Shown: positions 29,716-42,532 of the stretch, piece by piece
Layout of the letters: the number at the start of each line of letters is the position of its first letter
How positions within the stretch are numbered: position 1 is the stretch's first letter
Assembly (NCBI GenBank): GCA_964016885.1
Contig: OZ024740.1
Coordinates: forward strand, 69,440,001-69,504,000
DNA: 64,000 nt
From: Eledone cirrhosa
Lineage: Eukaryota
Reading direction: 5' to 3'
Notes under the pieces: generated by a model
Databases searched by the model: none
What the model was told of the DNA's origin: nothing
The model's input: only the letters and a program-made list of their open reading frames with translations
Translations under genes and position numbers: made by a program

Positions 29716-29725
29716 ATATATATAT

Positions 29726-29858
<133 letters not shown>

Positions 29859-30154
29859 GAGAATTAGATAGATAGATGGATAGATAGATATGTTTCTTTT
29901 ATTTGCCACCAGGGCATCAAAAGTGGGACAAGTACAATGGGGGGAGTTTACACAAAAAGGCGTCCTCAATAAGGAGGAGGCAATAACAACATATAAAAAT
30001 AAAATAAAATATAACAAAAAATAAAATTTATAACAAAATCCTCAATAGAGAGGAGGCGCCTTGGGGGGTCGCACACACCCCCGAAAAAAGTGTGCAACCC
30101 TTCTCCTCAGGAGCACAGAGAGGGGGTACTCCCTCGTTCCTTCCTCTTTTCCAC

Positions 30155-33100
30155 CTACAGGCTTATGTAAAGAGAAGGCCCATTCACACGGGCCATTCTC
30201 GCCACTTTCACCCACCTTTCATAAAAACGACTGGGGTGGAGCACCTCTCTCTCCATCCTGATCCTTCTTCTGAAATGATATCGGAAGAAACGGACCAGTT
30301 GTTGGCCAGAGAGAAAGGTGCCTGACCTCAGTCCTTTCAGACGCGTCCACCACACAACTTCTTTCACCTTGGCTATTACGCACAGAAACACCGCCTCTCC
30401 TTCATCTTTGAAGGGGGGAGGCGGATTGATCATTACAATAGACTCGGTGGTCAACCGGATCGGTCCCACCCTTGACAGCAGTTGTTCGACATAGCCCCAC
30501 AGATCGGCTACGCCCGAGCAGTGTACCAATGCGTGTGCAACGGTTTCCTCGTCGCACACGCATCTGGGACAGATCTTTTTGGCGGGGTCCCTACCCGGGC
30601 GCCCGTGTCTGTAGAGCTTTTCTCGAACGGGTAGAGCCCCTCGGTAGCACTGCCAGGCCAGGGACATCTGGAAGTTATCCATAGGTCCCGGGCTGAATGT
30701 CCTACCGAACATGCTGGCCAGTTCGTCTTCCTCCATGTCTAGGGCTTCTCCGAGGGCGTCGTCGCACCTGCTGCGTACCAGCCCTCTATAGAATGTTGCG
30801 GTGGAGTCTCCACTGATAACCGGATCCGCCTACCAAAGGGCGGTGAGCGCCTGGGCACACTCGGTGTGCCAGGCGCCCAGTTTTCTTGGTCTTTGCTTGA
30901 CCCAGGATTGCAGCTCGGTAAGTGAGACGAGTCTGGGAAAGGTTCGTCTCACAAACGAGGCCCACACCGGTTGACCGGTGAGGAATACGTGGAGGTGCCG
31001 TATCCTTAATGCGTGTTTACGCATCATTAGCCACGGCATCCCCATCCCTCCTTTCGAAGGGTGTTGACAGCAGATGGATCACCTCACCAAGGGAGCCCGC
31101 CTCTTCCAAAGGAATTGGAAGAGCTCGCGCCGCTTCTTGGCGAGGGTTTCCCTTGGGCAAGGCACTACGGTCAGGCGGTAGTAGATGACGGACGCTATAT
31201 AGGTGTTCGCCACCTACGCCCGACCTTTCAGGGATAGTTTGCAACTGGCCCACTTCTGGGTCAGTGTAAACACACTGTCCGTAACCTCCGCGCAGTTCTT
31301 CTCCACCTGGAGGTCTGGTCCGAACCAGACCCCGAGCAACTTCACCGGGCCCTCCGTCCAGCGTCCGACGACGCCATCGGAGGGCATCGGTCTGCCCCTC
31401 TACGTGCCGAGTTGCAAACCCATCGACTTGTCCCGGTTCAGCTTATCCCCTGTGAACCTTTCGTACTCCTCCGGTAAAGTGCCGACCGCCCCGATTTCGG
31501 AAGCCGTCGACACCATTACTGTCACGTCATCGGCGTAGGCCGACACCGCTTTCCGCAATCCCGGTTCCAAAGGGATGCCCTGCAACAACTCCAACTTCCG
31601 CAGTAGTGGCTCGAGAGTCAACACATACAGAAGGGAGGAGAGAGGGCACCCTTGTCGGATGGACCGCGCGATTTTGAACGGCTCCGAGAGGTAGCCGTTC
31701 ACCTTGACCCTAGAGCAGATGCGGTTGATGTGCATAGCAGTGATCCAGCCCCTGAAAACGGGTCCGAAGCCTGCCGCCGCTAGCACCGCATCCAGGTACC
31801 ATGGTCGACCCTATCGAACGCCTTAGATTGATCCAAGTTGATCAGAGCCCCACCAAATCCGGGTTCGTTCCCAACCTTCTCTATGATGTATCGCATGAGG
31901 GGGAGGTTCTCATGGATGGACCTGGATGGGATAGCACATGTCTGCGCATCTCCCACCAGGTTGCCCACGACAAGCGCCAACCTCTTTGCTAGCACCTTGG
32001 CCAAAATCTGTAACTCTGTATTTAGCAGAGTTATGTGCCTGAAGTTACTTATTCGTCCCCCTTGTTCTCGTCCTTCCTCACTAGCGTGACTACGCCCTTG
32101 GTCACAGTACAGGGAATTCTCCCGTTCTGTTGCCAGTTGCAGTAGACCGCCTCGAGGAGATCGGGGAACACGTCCGGCATAGCTAGATATAATTCGTATG
32201 GAAGACCATCAAGACCCGGGGATTTGCGTTTGCCGCACTGGCTCAGCACGTCCTCTATCTTAGCGGCAGAAATCGGCTCCTCGCAGGACTTCGCCTCCCT
32301 GTCCGAGAGACGCGGCAGGCCGTCGAGGTATGGACCGAAGTCCACATCCCCAACCGGCTCCCCGTCCCTTCCGAACAGTCGGGCAAAGGGCCTTTGAAAG
32401 GCCACACACATCTGCTTAGGCTCAAGAATCGCCCGTCCATCCTGGTCTCGCAAAGACCGGATGGTGGATTTAGTTCCACTGTTGGCCTCTGTCACGCGGG
32501 CCCAGCTAACAGCTTTGGTCCCCTCGTTCCCTAGAGCCCGTATTTTACTTCGGACAACGCAGCCTTCGTGCTTCGCGTCGAAAAACTGGCTCAAAGCCGT
32601 TCTTGACGCTAGCACTCTGGCCACGTCGCCGCTTCTAATTGCCTCTTCTACTCTATCTATTAGCTCCCTTTCCTTCCTATTCCTATCTGCAGCTAGAACC
32701 TTACTAAATTCTATCGAGACTACGCTAATCTCTCTCTTTAGAGATACCCACCACCTGCTGTTGACGATCGCTCCTGTCAACCGTTCCTTAACTAACGGAC
32801 TAATGCGATCCTGTAAGCTCTACTTGCCGGCAAGGACAAGTTGAGCTTCCAGTAACCGGGGCCCTGTCTATGCGTTCTATCAAGGTTGACCATGCAGGTC
32901 ACCAACTTGTGGTCTAAAATAGCCAACCATGAGCATTTCTGGACAACTTAAAAAGTCCCTGTCCTTATTTCTAACTAAAAACCTATCTAGGTACGACCTA
33001 GATGACCCGCTGCGATTTGAACAAGACCAGGTTGGCACTGTCGGAAAATCTAGTCGAAATCTATCGGCCAGGTCAAATCGGCCGAGTAACCCCTTGAGGC

Positions 33101-33590
33101 TGTTGCACCCCTCTCTATCGGGACATGCCCCTGCATAGTCCCAACGTGCATCCAGGATACCATTCCAGTCCCCCACTAAAAGCAGGGAACGGGACGTCCC
33201 TAGAAAAAATTCCAGACGCTGGACAAAGTCGGGCCGCTCTGTCCCAAAAGGGGCATATGCGGCTACCAGCCTAAAGGCTCCACCTTCACCACTGCCAAGG
33301 TCCAGCACCACCAGTCAACCCCCTGGGTCCAAGTGAACTATCTGTGTGGCAAGACCCAGATGTTTTTGCAGCAGAAGGACAACCCCACCCCCACCTCCGG
33401 GCTGACAGAGAGATGCGTGCATCTCAAAGTCGTCAAAGGTGGGGGCTAGCTGTCGCATGCTGCTGATCCGGGCCTTGCAGATAACCATCACATTTATAGA
33501 TCGTGACCTGAGGTCATTTAGAAGCATTGCTTGCTTCCAAGATGGGCCCAGGCCACGCGCATTTGGACACCCTACTCTTAGCACAGCCAT
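30155..33590 (-). pseudogene. LINE ORF2 (APE, reverse transcriptase, C-terminal zinc motif), multiple frameshifts
   Basis: Fragments: CPNARGL, LVAAYAP, VGDWN, SYLDRFL, KSPGLDGLPYE, LDQSKAFDRVDH, IRQGCPLS, AYADD, CPRCVCDEETVAHALVHC, spread over seven or more ORF pieces. Confidence 0.92.
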
Positions 33591-33769
33591 GTTGGTGGTA
33601 AAGAGGAAAGGCACTTACCTCGTCCCGGGAAGCGGGTCGCTCAATTTCCATGCTGGTTGGGGATGGGTTGTTGGGTGGTGGTTTGTGGAAGTGAAGGGGC
33701 ATCAGTGTGTTGTGTGGTTGGGGTGTTTGTGGTTGAGTGGGTGTCTGGGTGGGGGGGGGGTGATATTTT

Positions 33770-35422
33770 TTAGGAGGACGCAGTTGATTGGTTTACGCAG
33801 GGGGGGCCCACGTCCTCCGTGAAATTTATTTTCAGTGTTTTATAAAAGTTCATTGGAACTTTAATCATTTTTAAATGAGGTAGTCCCACAGCAGTTATAA
33901 AGTTAGGCCCTTCAGTTTTGACCGAAGGGTTTGATGAAATTGTTTTCAGTAGTTCTTTGTTGTCTGTGTTCATGTATGTATATTGTAAAGTCTTTTTTTG
34001 TGTAGCAGTTAGTGTTGTGTGACGGGGAGGGGTGGTTTGTATATAGTTTGTGTTCTCTTGGGGAGGGTTAAAGTTAACAAGTGTGTCTGTGGTGCGCCTC
34101 CTCTTCTTTCTTTTTACTGTTCGGAAGGGATCTTTTTCGCCTTGCGACGAAAGGGATTCGTCTTCCTTGTTGGGTGGGAGGGGTATGTTTTCTGGTAGTG
34201 TTTGCGGTGTGTGTGTTTTTGTATTTGTTTTGGGTGAGGAGGGGTTGGGTGGGACAGTATTCTGTGTTGTTTTTTCACGTGTTTGTTGTTGTTGTTGTGC
34301 TGGTGGTGGTGTTGTTGTTGTTGTGGTTGTTTTTGTTGTTGTTGTTGGGGTGGTGTTGGTGTTGGTTGCAGTGTTTTTTTTCTGTGTGAGCTGGGGACAG
34401 GCAGCCCTCAGGTGACCTCTATTGCCACAGAGGTAACAGGAGGGACGCCTACCCTCCACAATAATGTTGAGGTGGGTACGGTCATCCAGCATGACGCGCT
34501 CAGGGATTTGGGCGATACGTTCTGGTCTTATTTGTGTCAGAACTTCGATACTCGTTCCACTGAACGCGTCGCCGGATGCCTTCCCTATTGAAATGAGGTT
34601 GTCCTCGTCTAAATTGAGGAATCCGTTTAGTAACCACCAGTAGTAAATGTTTGGGGTGATGGTGGTTATCAATATTCTCTGGGGTTTTTTACCCATGTAG
34701 GTGGGGAATAAGGTGTAGTGTGTGGAACGAATTGGCGACACAGAGTATTTTTTCGCCGCCAATTCGTCTTTCATCAATATGGATAAACTCCCATAGAGTT
34801 TATCCTTTTGTATGAAAGTGATGTCTTTCATCGCTTCTTTCAGTACTAACTGAATTTCAGCTTGAGATGGTTGTGCTGTTTTTTTTGTTTTATTTAAAAT
34901 TGTACGGAATACGACAGTTCGTATTTCCGTCTGTTTTTTTAGTTCTGGAGGTGAATTTATAGAAAACGAACCGTTTTCGCCAAAAGATACATATTTTTTG
35001 GCTTTTTCCAGCATTTCTTTGGCTTTTGAAATATCTTCAAGCACATAAGTGACTGATAATTTAGCCGTTTGTGCAAAAGATATTTTGTTTTCGTTGTTGG
35101 TGTTTGTATTGTTTTGTTTCTCGTCGTTTGAGTTGTTTTCATCTTTGTTGTTGTTGTCTTTCTCGTTTGGTGTGTGGATACTTGTGACGTTTGTGTTGTT
35201 GTTGTTTTTGTTGTCTTTATTGTTGCTGTTGTTGTCGTTGTTGTTGTTTTCAGTTTCTTGTATAGTTGTGGCTACATCAAGTTGTCGGTCAACAGGTGAA
35301 GAAAATTCTTCCTCTGGCTGACCTCTGCCTTTGGCATCTGCTGCTGTGACAGTGGCAGGGGGAAGCTGTGAGTATGACTTCCCTTTTCTTCCTTTGACTG
35401 TTGGTGAAGATGCTTCAGCCAT
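33770..35422 (-). CDS. LINE ORF1 gag-like protein with CCHC zinc knuckle
   Basis: 550-aa open frame containing CYLCGNRGHLRAAC (CX2CX4HX4C), directly upstream of ORF2. Confidence 0.85.
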   Translation of the reverse strand: MAEASSPTVKGRKGKSYSQLPPATVTAADAKGRGQPEEEFSSPVDRQLDVATTIQETENNNNDNNSNNKDNKNNNNTNVTSIHTPNEKDNNNKDENNSNDEKQNNTNTNNENKISFAQTAKLSVTYVLEDISKAKEMLEKAKKYVSFGENGSFSINSPPELKKQTEIRTVVFRTILNKTKKTAQPSQAEIQLVLKEAMKDITFIQKDKLYGSLSILMKDELAAKKYSVSPIRSTHYTLFPTYMGKKPQRILITTITPNIYYWWLLNGFLNLDEDNLISIGKASGDAFSGTSIEVLTQIRPERIAQIPERVMLDDRTHLNIIVEGRRPSCYLCGNRGHLRAACPQLTQKKNTATNTNTTPTTTTKTTTTTTTPPPAQQQQQTREKTTQNTVPPNPSSPKTNTKTHTPQTLPENIPLPPNKEDESLSSQGEKDPFRTVKRKKRRRTTDTLVNFNPPQENTNYIQTTPPRHTTLTATQKKTLQYTYMNTDNKELLKTISSNPSVKTEGPNFITAVGLPHLKMIKVPMNFYKTLKINFTEDVGPPCVNQSTASS

Positions 35423-35646
35423 TTTTATAAAAATAGGATTTTTCGAAATTTTTCGAAAGATAAAATGTTTACCACACTATTTCGCCTAAAGGCGTAGAAT
35501 ATTTTGAGAGACTAACCAGATCAAAATTTGACCTGGCAGTCCCCTTACAACATGGTACGAAAATGAAAGTTTACAGTTCACAATTTCCAGATAAATTTAA
35601 ACGAAACTTACCGAGCGAGCTCAGCATATGTGTCCATCGTAAATAT

Positions 35647-35730
<84 letters not shown>

Positions 35731-35734
35731 CTTT

Positions 35735-38700
35735 ACCAAAATAAACTGTCCAATCCGTATGAAGAACTCAATGTAATCCAAATATAGAAGATATCATGAA
35801 AAGAGAAAATGCATTCAAAATTTAACGATAAAAATCATAGGAAAACAGTCAAGATAAATTAATAAAAACAATGAAATAAAAACAAAGAACAGGTTCCTTA
35901 TATTTAAAAAAATCATCATTTTACGATCGTTTCTGGGATATATGTGTGTATGTTAGTATGTATATCATATAAAGAGCTATGTAAAAAAATATTGCAAATT
36001 ATCAGAGGAGATATACATACCTTCACTTATAAATGCAATCTTCAGAAATGATGAAGTATGTTTATTGAAAGAAAGTATTAATACAAAAAGTCTGTTTGGG
36101 AACAGGTTTTGAATTGAGCAATAGAAAAGTTAGTGGTCAAGTTGATAGAATAACCGTAGTAGAAACTTTATGCTAGGAGTGGAGGAATGTAAATTAATGC
36201 TCTGAATGAAAAGAATGGGGAAGAGAAAGGTAGGGGTTAAAATGAGGTCAAGTTAATGAGATAGTGAAGGATTCCCCAAAACAAAATTGATGTTATTAAA
36301 GAATGTTGTTAAAAGTATAGGGAAAAGAATTGTATGTGGGATGAGAGTGTTAGTGAGAAATACTACTCCTGTTTAAATGTTAAGGAACCTAGATACATAA
36401 AAGTAAATTAAATTAATTGATAGGTATACTTACAGAGTTAAAATTATATCAATTCTTATGGAAGTGATAAATAAAGAAGTAAAAGAAATTAAAAAAATAT
36501 ATATATATATAGAAAGACTGAAATAGTTAAAATTGTATAACTATCTAAACAACCGTAATATTAAAGATATTAATTATATTTACTAATCCTAGGTATTGAA
36601 TGTGATAGATAGGGGATACGGTTAAAAGAAGTAGTGAGGTAAAGGATAACTTAAGGTAAAGTGAGCTGCAAGAGGGAAATAAAATTATGAAATACTTTGT
36701 AGTAAATATTTAATTATAGGTAAACTAAATTATTAAAAAATTATACTAATTTGTAGAATATAAGAGTGTGGTATATATTAATTAAGTGTATAGTATTTGA
36801 AGTTTTTTCTAATTCTATGATTCCATGATATAATTAATTCCTGTCGTTTATTTAATAGGATATCATTAGATTTCATGATTACAAATAGTTCTTGGGAGCA
36901 TAACCTACACTCATATCTACTATTTTGATAAGGAGTGGCCCTTTTGGGCACGCTCCAGGTCAGGTTATAATCAATATCTTTCTTTCTATAATTATTAATT
37001 GCTTCAGCCAACGAGGTTGTATTAGCTAATGCGGCATTTTTTAAACTATGTTTGTGGGTATTAAATCTTACTTTAAATTGGTAAGACGTAGCTCCTATAT
37101 AGGATTGAGTGGAGTCCTTAGTCCTAACTACACATGTATAGACTATATTATTAATAAGACAATTTCCCTTTAATGGGCTATTTCTTATGATTCTACAGCC
37201 ATTCGTAAATATTGTGTCAGGAGAGTTAATTGTGTTATCTATAGTGGTATTAGTGTTACTATTTTCATTAATGTATGGTTTAGAATGGGTTGTAATTAGA
37301 TTAGTATGGTTAGACAGGTTGTTGGTGGGTTATAGTTAAGGGGAGGTGGAGTTAGTAGAACACTGTTTGTTTTGGAGATTATTAGTCAAAGTTGGTGTGG
37401 AGTTTGAAGAAGAAGATGGTTTGTTTAGATTTACTTTAGTATTATTATGGTTAGTTTGATGTGTTGGTGGTATATTTATGATTTTTTACACTTATATGTG
37501 TTGTACGCACTTATATTCTGTTGTATATTCTTGGTAGTGGAGTAGGAAAATTTGACAGTAGATCTGTTTAAAATTTGATGATATTTATGGTTTGGTGGGA
37601 AATTTTTCTCTAGGATAGCAAATAATTTTTTAGGGATATTGTCTTTAATCTGTAGATTAAATGGAGCATTATACCAAGTGACCCGTCTATTACGGTTTCG
37701 ACATTGTTTCTTATATTTATATGATGTATGTGGTTTATTTAGATTAAGTGATGTTTTAGTCTGATTACTAGAAATGTTGTTAGTTATGTTGTTGACGTAT
37801 GCAAGAGTTTTATGGTGAATAATTTTCTGAAAGTCATTATCTTTTATGTGAGAAGAGGTAGAGAAATTAAGTTTTGTGTTGGTGTTTTTAGGTGTAGTAT
37901 GAGTGGCGTTTAGGTGTGGGTTTTTCATTTGGTGTTTGTTGGTAATATTAGGTTGTATGTTTGAAATATTATTAGTGCAAGGTATATAGACTAATTTGTT
38001 CTTATGGCCGCATCAAGCTAAAGCTTCATTATAAAAGGGCGCGTTTTTATCGAATACATTATGATTTGATGAAAGGTTAGAGATTCTATGCTAGGTTTTT
38101 AAGGGTGGATTTAGCGCGATTAGATTGTGAGTGTATGTAATGCAAGTTATGTTTAGGTTTATGGTAAGGTTGGTAGATACCTGTAGATAGGTCCATAGTT
38201 ATATCTAGGAAATTGACTATTTTACTGGTGTTTTCAAATGTAATAGTGAGATTATAATAGTCTTTGAGGAAAGTTCTAATAAGTTTTTTATTTATTTCAA
38301 TTTCAATTTATTTCAATTTCCGAGAGGCTAAGATTAGTGGATAGAAGAAGACAGTCATCACGATATAAACCACCTTTAAGGTGGGGAAAAGATGAATTAA
38401 TATTAAATAGGAGAAAAAGGCCCACAACATCGGTAATTTGGCCAGAATCACTAGAGCCCATAGTTATGTCGAAGAGATTACTATATGTATTTCTGGTCCA
38501 ATACTCCTTCTGAAATTAAAGTAGTGTTTGTCTAGCGTGCGTGATAATATTGATGTCATCCATAGTTAAGTCTGATCTATTTTTGGCAAATATCAAGGCT
38601 TTGTTCAGGAGTATGGGTGATATAGAGGAATAATATGCATCTATATAGAATTGTAGAAATGAAGCAGAGGATTTATTTTCAATATTAGTAAACCAAGTAA

Positions 38701-38904
38701 TTACTTGGGATGTGTTTTCCCAGAGTGGTAAATTAACGTATTTTCTTAATTGTGAGATAATTTTATCCAGAATTTGTTTGCTTATGATGCCAATGTCTGA
38801 TTTGGAAGGGCATATAAGTCTTATAGAAAGATTAAAGTTGAAATTAGATTTGTGATCCTTCAGGTTAAAGTGTGGTTTTTACAGTGCCAGGGGTTCAACT
38901 TTCT

Positions 38905-38905
<1 letters not shown>
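35735..38905 (-). mobile_element. 5'-truncated, degenerate Penelope-like element (RT plus C-terminal GIY-YIG)
   Basis: RT motifs QFYIDAYYSSI, TMGS and GLYRDD (38352-38371); VTWYNAPF...NFPPNHKYHQILNRSTVKFSYS; GIY-YIG IVYTC..YIGA..CRLC..LLNKRQEL. Confidence 0.88.
35914..36053 (-). ncRNA. Hammerhead motif in PLE 3' terminus with long stem II insert
   Basis: CAUCAUUU-CUGAAGA-(about 105 nt)-GAAA-CGAUCG-UA-AAAUGAUG; 8-bp stem I; palindromic stem III. Confidence 0.75.
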
Positions 38906-38963
<58 letters not shown>

Positions 38964-39439
38964 GAAAGTTGTCAGGAGTAGCATAACTTTCCCTATTAGT
39001 ACTGATTGCATCTCAGCGTACTCAATAAGTAATGTTATGTAAAAATTTCAGAGTAGACACAAAGTTAGTTGCTTCAATACAACACACGGAAATGGGTACC
39101 ATAGATCTATACCCGTACTCGAGGTTCGGCTATACTTCATGTAGCAAGAGAGCGTACAGCATCTACGGTCTGCAACAATGCATTTGGCTTCATCAGCGGG
39201 TCTCGCCTAATCAATAACCAATCGATCGACAGATTTCGATTCCTGTCCATGACGCCTATAGCAGTGAATGCGACTGGCGGCACAGTACATTAGTATACTG
39301 ATATCATTATGCGTCATCAAAATACTGTCAACCGATTGGCCACTGGTTCAGAAATGTATGTGATGTTAGGAATCGAAATTCTAATAATTCCGGCCCCTCA
39401 TAAGGACTCACCTACACAGTTTGATTCGATGTTTTTAGA

Positions 39440-39920
39440 AAATACACGAGATTTCTTCAAGAGCAGGTAATTTAACTATAAATAAGCTGCGTCAGGGTGA
39501 AGGGGGATGACTCGGACAGGTTCCTCAACAACACGATGGTCAGACATGGTTGAGTGAGGGCCAAAATACGATAGTCGTCGACTACCTGATGACCAAAAGT
39601 TTGTGGTCTGGTTTATGGCAGTTCCTAACTGACCTGGAGTACACAGACGACACCACCCAATTTAGCATCTCGATCAATCAGGTCAGAGACGCACTGACCA
39701 TATACCAGAAGGAAAAAGCAAAGCTTGCTCATCAAGTAATTTGGGTAAAGACAAAACTGATGCTTGTCGGCAATGGCCCAGATACTCCTCCGCTTTATAT
39801 TGGCGTCGACGCTGTGGAGTTTGTCACCTCCTTCATTTTCCAGGGCTCGACACTCATTAGCAATGGAGGCCTGACCCCGGAGATCAACCGTAAATGTGGC
39901 CTGGATGATGGTAATCCAAT
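39440..39920 (+). mobile_element. RTE-like LINE RT fragment
   Basis: LTDLEYTDD...KTKLM...VEFVTSFIFQGS...EINRK. Confidence 0.75.
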
Positions 39921-40006
39921 AATTGCACGGGTGAAACCTCTCATCACGTAGTCATAATAAAAATATTCCACTTTCTTAAGGTATTAAATACTAGTTTTCC
40001 CCCAGG

Positions 40007-40070
<64 letters not shown>

Positions 40071-40271
40071 CTAACAAATGCAGTTCTGTTTACATTGCAA
40101 CACAAGAGCAAAAATGGGGGTGGGGAGCTCATTCTACTAATAAGGCTTTAAAGAGGTTGTTTGCATAATTGCAGACGATTCAAATATTATTAATATTCGA
40201 AAAACTCAGATTACATTTGAATTGTTATCTCGTGTGTTTGTAACTTCGATTTTACTAAATTTCCACTTATG

Positions 40272-40380
<109 letters not shown>

Positions 40381-40753
40381 GCTTAACGTCTATAAATTAC
40401 TGTCTTGTCTTTCTTCTCTCATTCCTTCGCACAACGTTTGGATTTTGTCAGACCCTGTGCCCCCAGATGGACCAGCAATACCTTTGGAGGGGGCGACACT
40501 GTCACGAGTCCATCTTATCGGCCGATGACCATGGGGTTATGTGTCCTTCGTTTGTATATATATTTTTAAAGTTTAAGGTCTCCCCTTAAAAAAATTGGTT
40601 TTCGCTTGTTTTATTTCCCTTCATTTTCTTGTCCTTTCTTTGCTAATTTTCTTAAGATTATATATATATATATATATATATGAATATAATTTCAGCGAGA
40701 TTCGTATTTCGGCTATGGTTGAAGACAAAGCGAAACCCATGCATATATATATA

Positions 40754-40813
<60 letters not shown>

Positions 40814-40830
40814 TACATATTTATATATAC

Positions 40831-40891
<61 letters not shown>

Positions 40892-40894
<3 letters not shown>

Positions 40895-41080
40895 GGTAAG
40901 GAACCAGATGGACCATAACGCACCAAAGTTCTCAATAATTAGGGTTGTAGAATGGGTAATAGGAACAAGTATGACCCTGACGGCAGAGCTCAAGTCATTT
41001 CGATGGCCATTTCTGGACTCAGTCCAGAAATAGCCAGCGAAACGGCTGGAGCTATGCCGTCGGGGTCATACTTGTTCCTA
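40892..41080. mobile_element. Short fold-back PLE terminus (family of 47716-51410) inside (TA)n
   Basis: About 60-bp arms taggaacaagtatgacc...ctggact c agtccag...ggtcatacttgttccta, plus about 70-bp tail homologous to 47730-47795. Confidence 0.8.
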
Positions 41081-41100
41081 TATATATATATGTATATGTA

Positions 41101-42005
41101 TACATTATGAAGAGAGAAGAAACATTTAGATATAATTAGTAATAAAATGTATCATACCTAAACTGTTCCTAAATTCCTCGACTACGTAGTTTCGTGGCAT
41201 AAACAAAAACAATATATCAAATATATAGAGTCCCTGCGAGGTCTGCCGACTTATCAAGAGGATACCTCATTTTACTAGTCTCAAGAACGCGTCTACACGA
41301 CGTGAGAAAGAATCCCAAAAGGCGGAGGGGGAGATAGTCACGCGATATAATGGTCGAGAAACAGAGCTAAGCCTCTTATAACCACGAAGAAAATACCACG
41401 GAGGCGGAGGGGGTATTCATATCGAGGCCGTAGAAGAGGTAGTGAAGAAGGCGAGAAGTATGAGTAATGGAAGCTTTCCAGTTGTCCCCACACTTCAAAG
41501 ATTGCTCGACCAGAGGGAGTTATTAATATATTAAGAAACACAGATACATGCGGACACACACATATATACATGAATGCATCCGCACCCAACTGTGAGTTAA
41601 GGGTGCCAACTTCACCGATGTTGCTCAATGAATGACTGGGACAGACCAATTCAGTTTGAACCAGACTGAACCAGTATCAGAGTTAAAAATACATTATGAA
41701 GAGAGAAGAAACATTTAGATATAATTAGTAATAAAATGTATCATACCTAAACTGTTCCTAAATTCCTCGACTACGTAGTTTCGTGGCATAAACAAAAACA
41801 ATATATCAAAGATATAGAGTCCCTGCGAGGTCTGCCGACTTATCAAGAGGATACCTCATTTTACTAGTCTCAAGAACGCGTCTACACGACGTGAGAAAGA
41901 ATCCCAAAAGGCGGAGGGGGAGATAGTCACGCGATATAATGGTCGAGAAACAGAGCTAAGCCTCTTATAACCACGAAGAAAATACCACGGAGGCGGAGGG
42001 GGTAT
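41101..42005 (-). mobile_element. Partial tandem (589-bp period, about 1.5 units) hammerhead-bearing element inside (TA)n
   Basis: 41101-41416 is repeated almost identically at 41690-42005. Confidence 0.85.
41175..41262 (-). ncRNA. Hammerhead ribozyme, U3-A8 core variant (second copy 41764-41851)
   Basis: UCCUC-UUGAUAA-GUcGGCA...UGCCAC-GAAA-CUACGUAG-UC-GAGGA. Confidence 0.78.
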
Positions 42006-42008
42006 TTG

Positions 42009-42048
<40 letters not shown>

Positions 42049-42052
42049 TATA

Positions 42053-42431
42053 TATATCACGATAAATTAACGGAGCCATAGACTCTCGCTATTCTCTGTA
42101 AAAAATGTGCTCAAAGGAGAAGGAATCCTGAGCTCTTTAAAATAAAATATGTTGAAAAGATAACACATTAGAGAGAGATAGTGCGACATCAATAAAACGG
42201 AAAAACCACCATCGTATGGAATCTATAACCTATGAAAGGCAGGGTAGACACACGATAATAAAAATATAAATTAAAGTGTATATACATATCTCTATAACTA
42301 TATAACACACACGTACAAATCCAAAGAGATCTGTTTCGCCAGGAAGATGTTGACAGAAATGAAATAGCTCATGGTTGATCAGCGTGTGTAAGGTCATACA
42401 TTTGATGGCTCCGTTAATTTATCGTGATATA
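42053..42431. mobile_element. About 380-bp element with 27-bp perfect terminal inverted repeats inside (TA)n
   Basis: tatatcacgataaattaacggagccat ... atggctccgttaatttatcgtgatata. Confidence 0.75.
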
Positions 42432-42432
42432 C

Positions 42433-42532
<100 letters not shown>

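Larger units (their letters stand above)
29891..35640 (-). mobile_element. Near full-length Tx1/L1-clade non-LTR retrotransposon
   Basis: ORF1 with CCHC knuckle, ORF2 with APE, RT and zinc motif, AATAAA at the 3' end, (GATA)n on both sides. Confidence 0.92.

Noticed and set aside
40712-40742. atgg-ttgaaga-caaagc-gaaac-ccat hammerhead-like string
   Set aside because: No stem III or NUH triplet and no credible stem II.
40595-41033. YIYI, CVCV and HTHT ORFs here and throughout the window
   Set aside because: Dinucleotide microsatellite translations.
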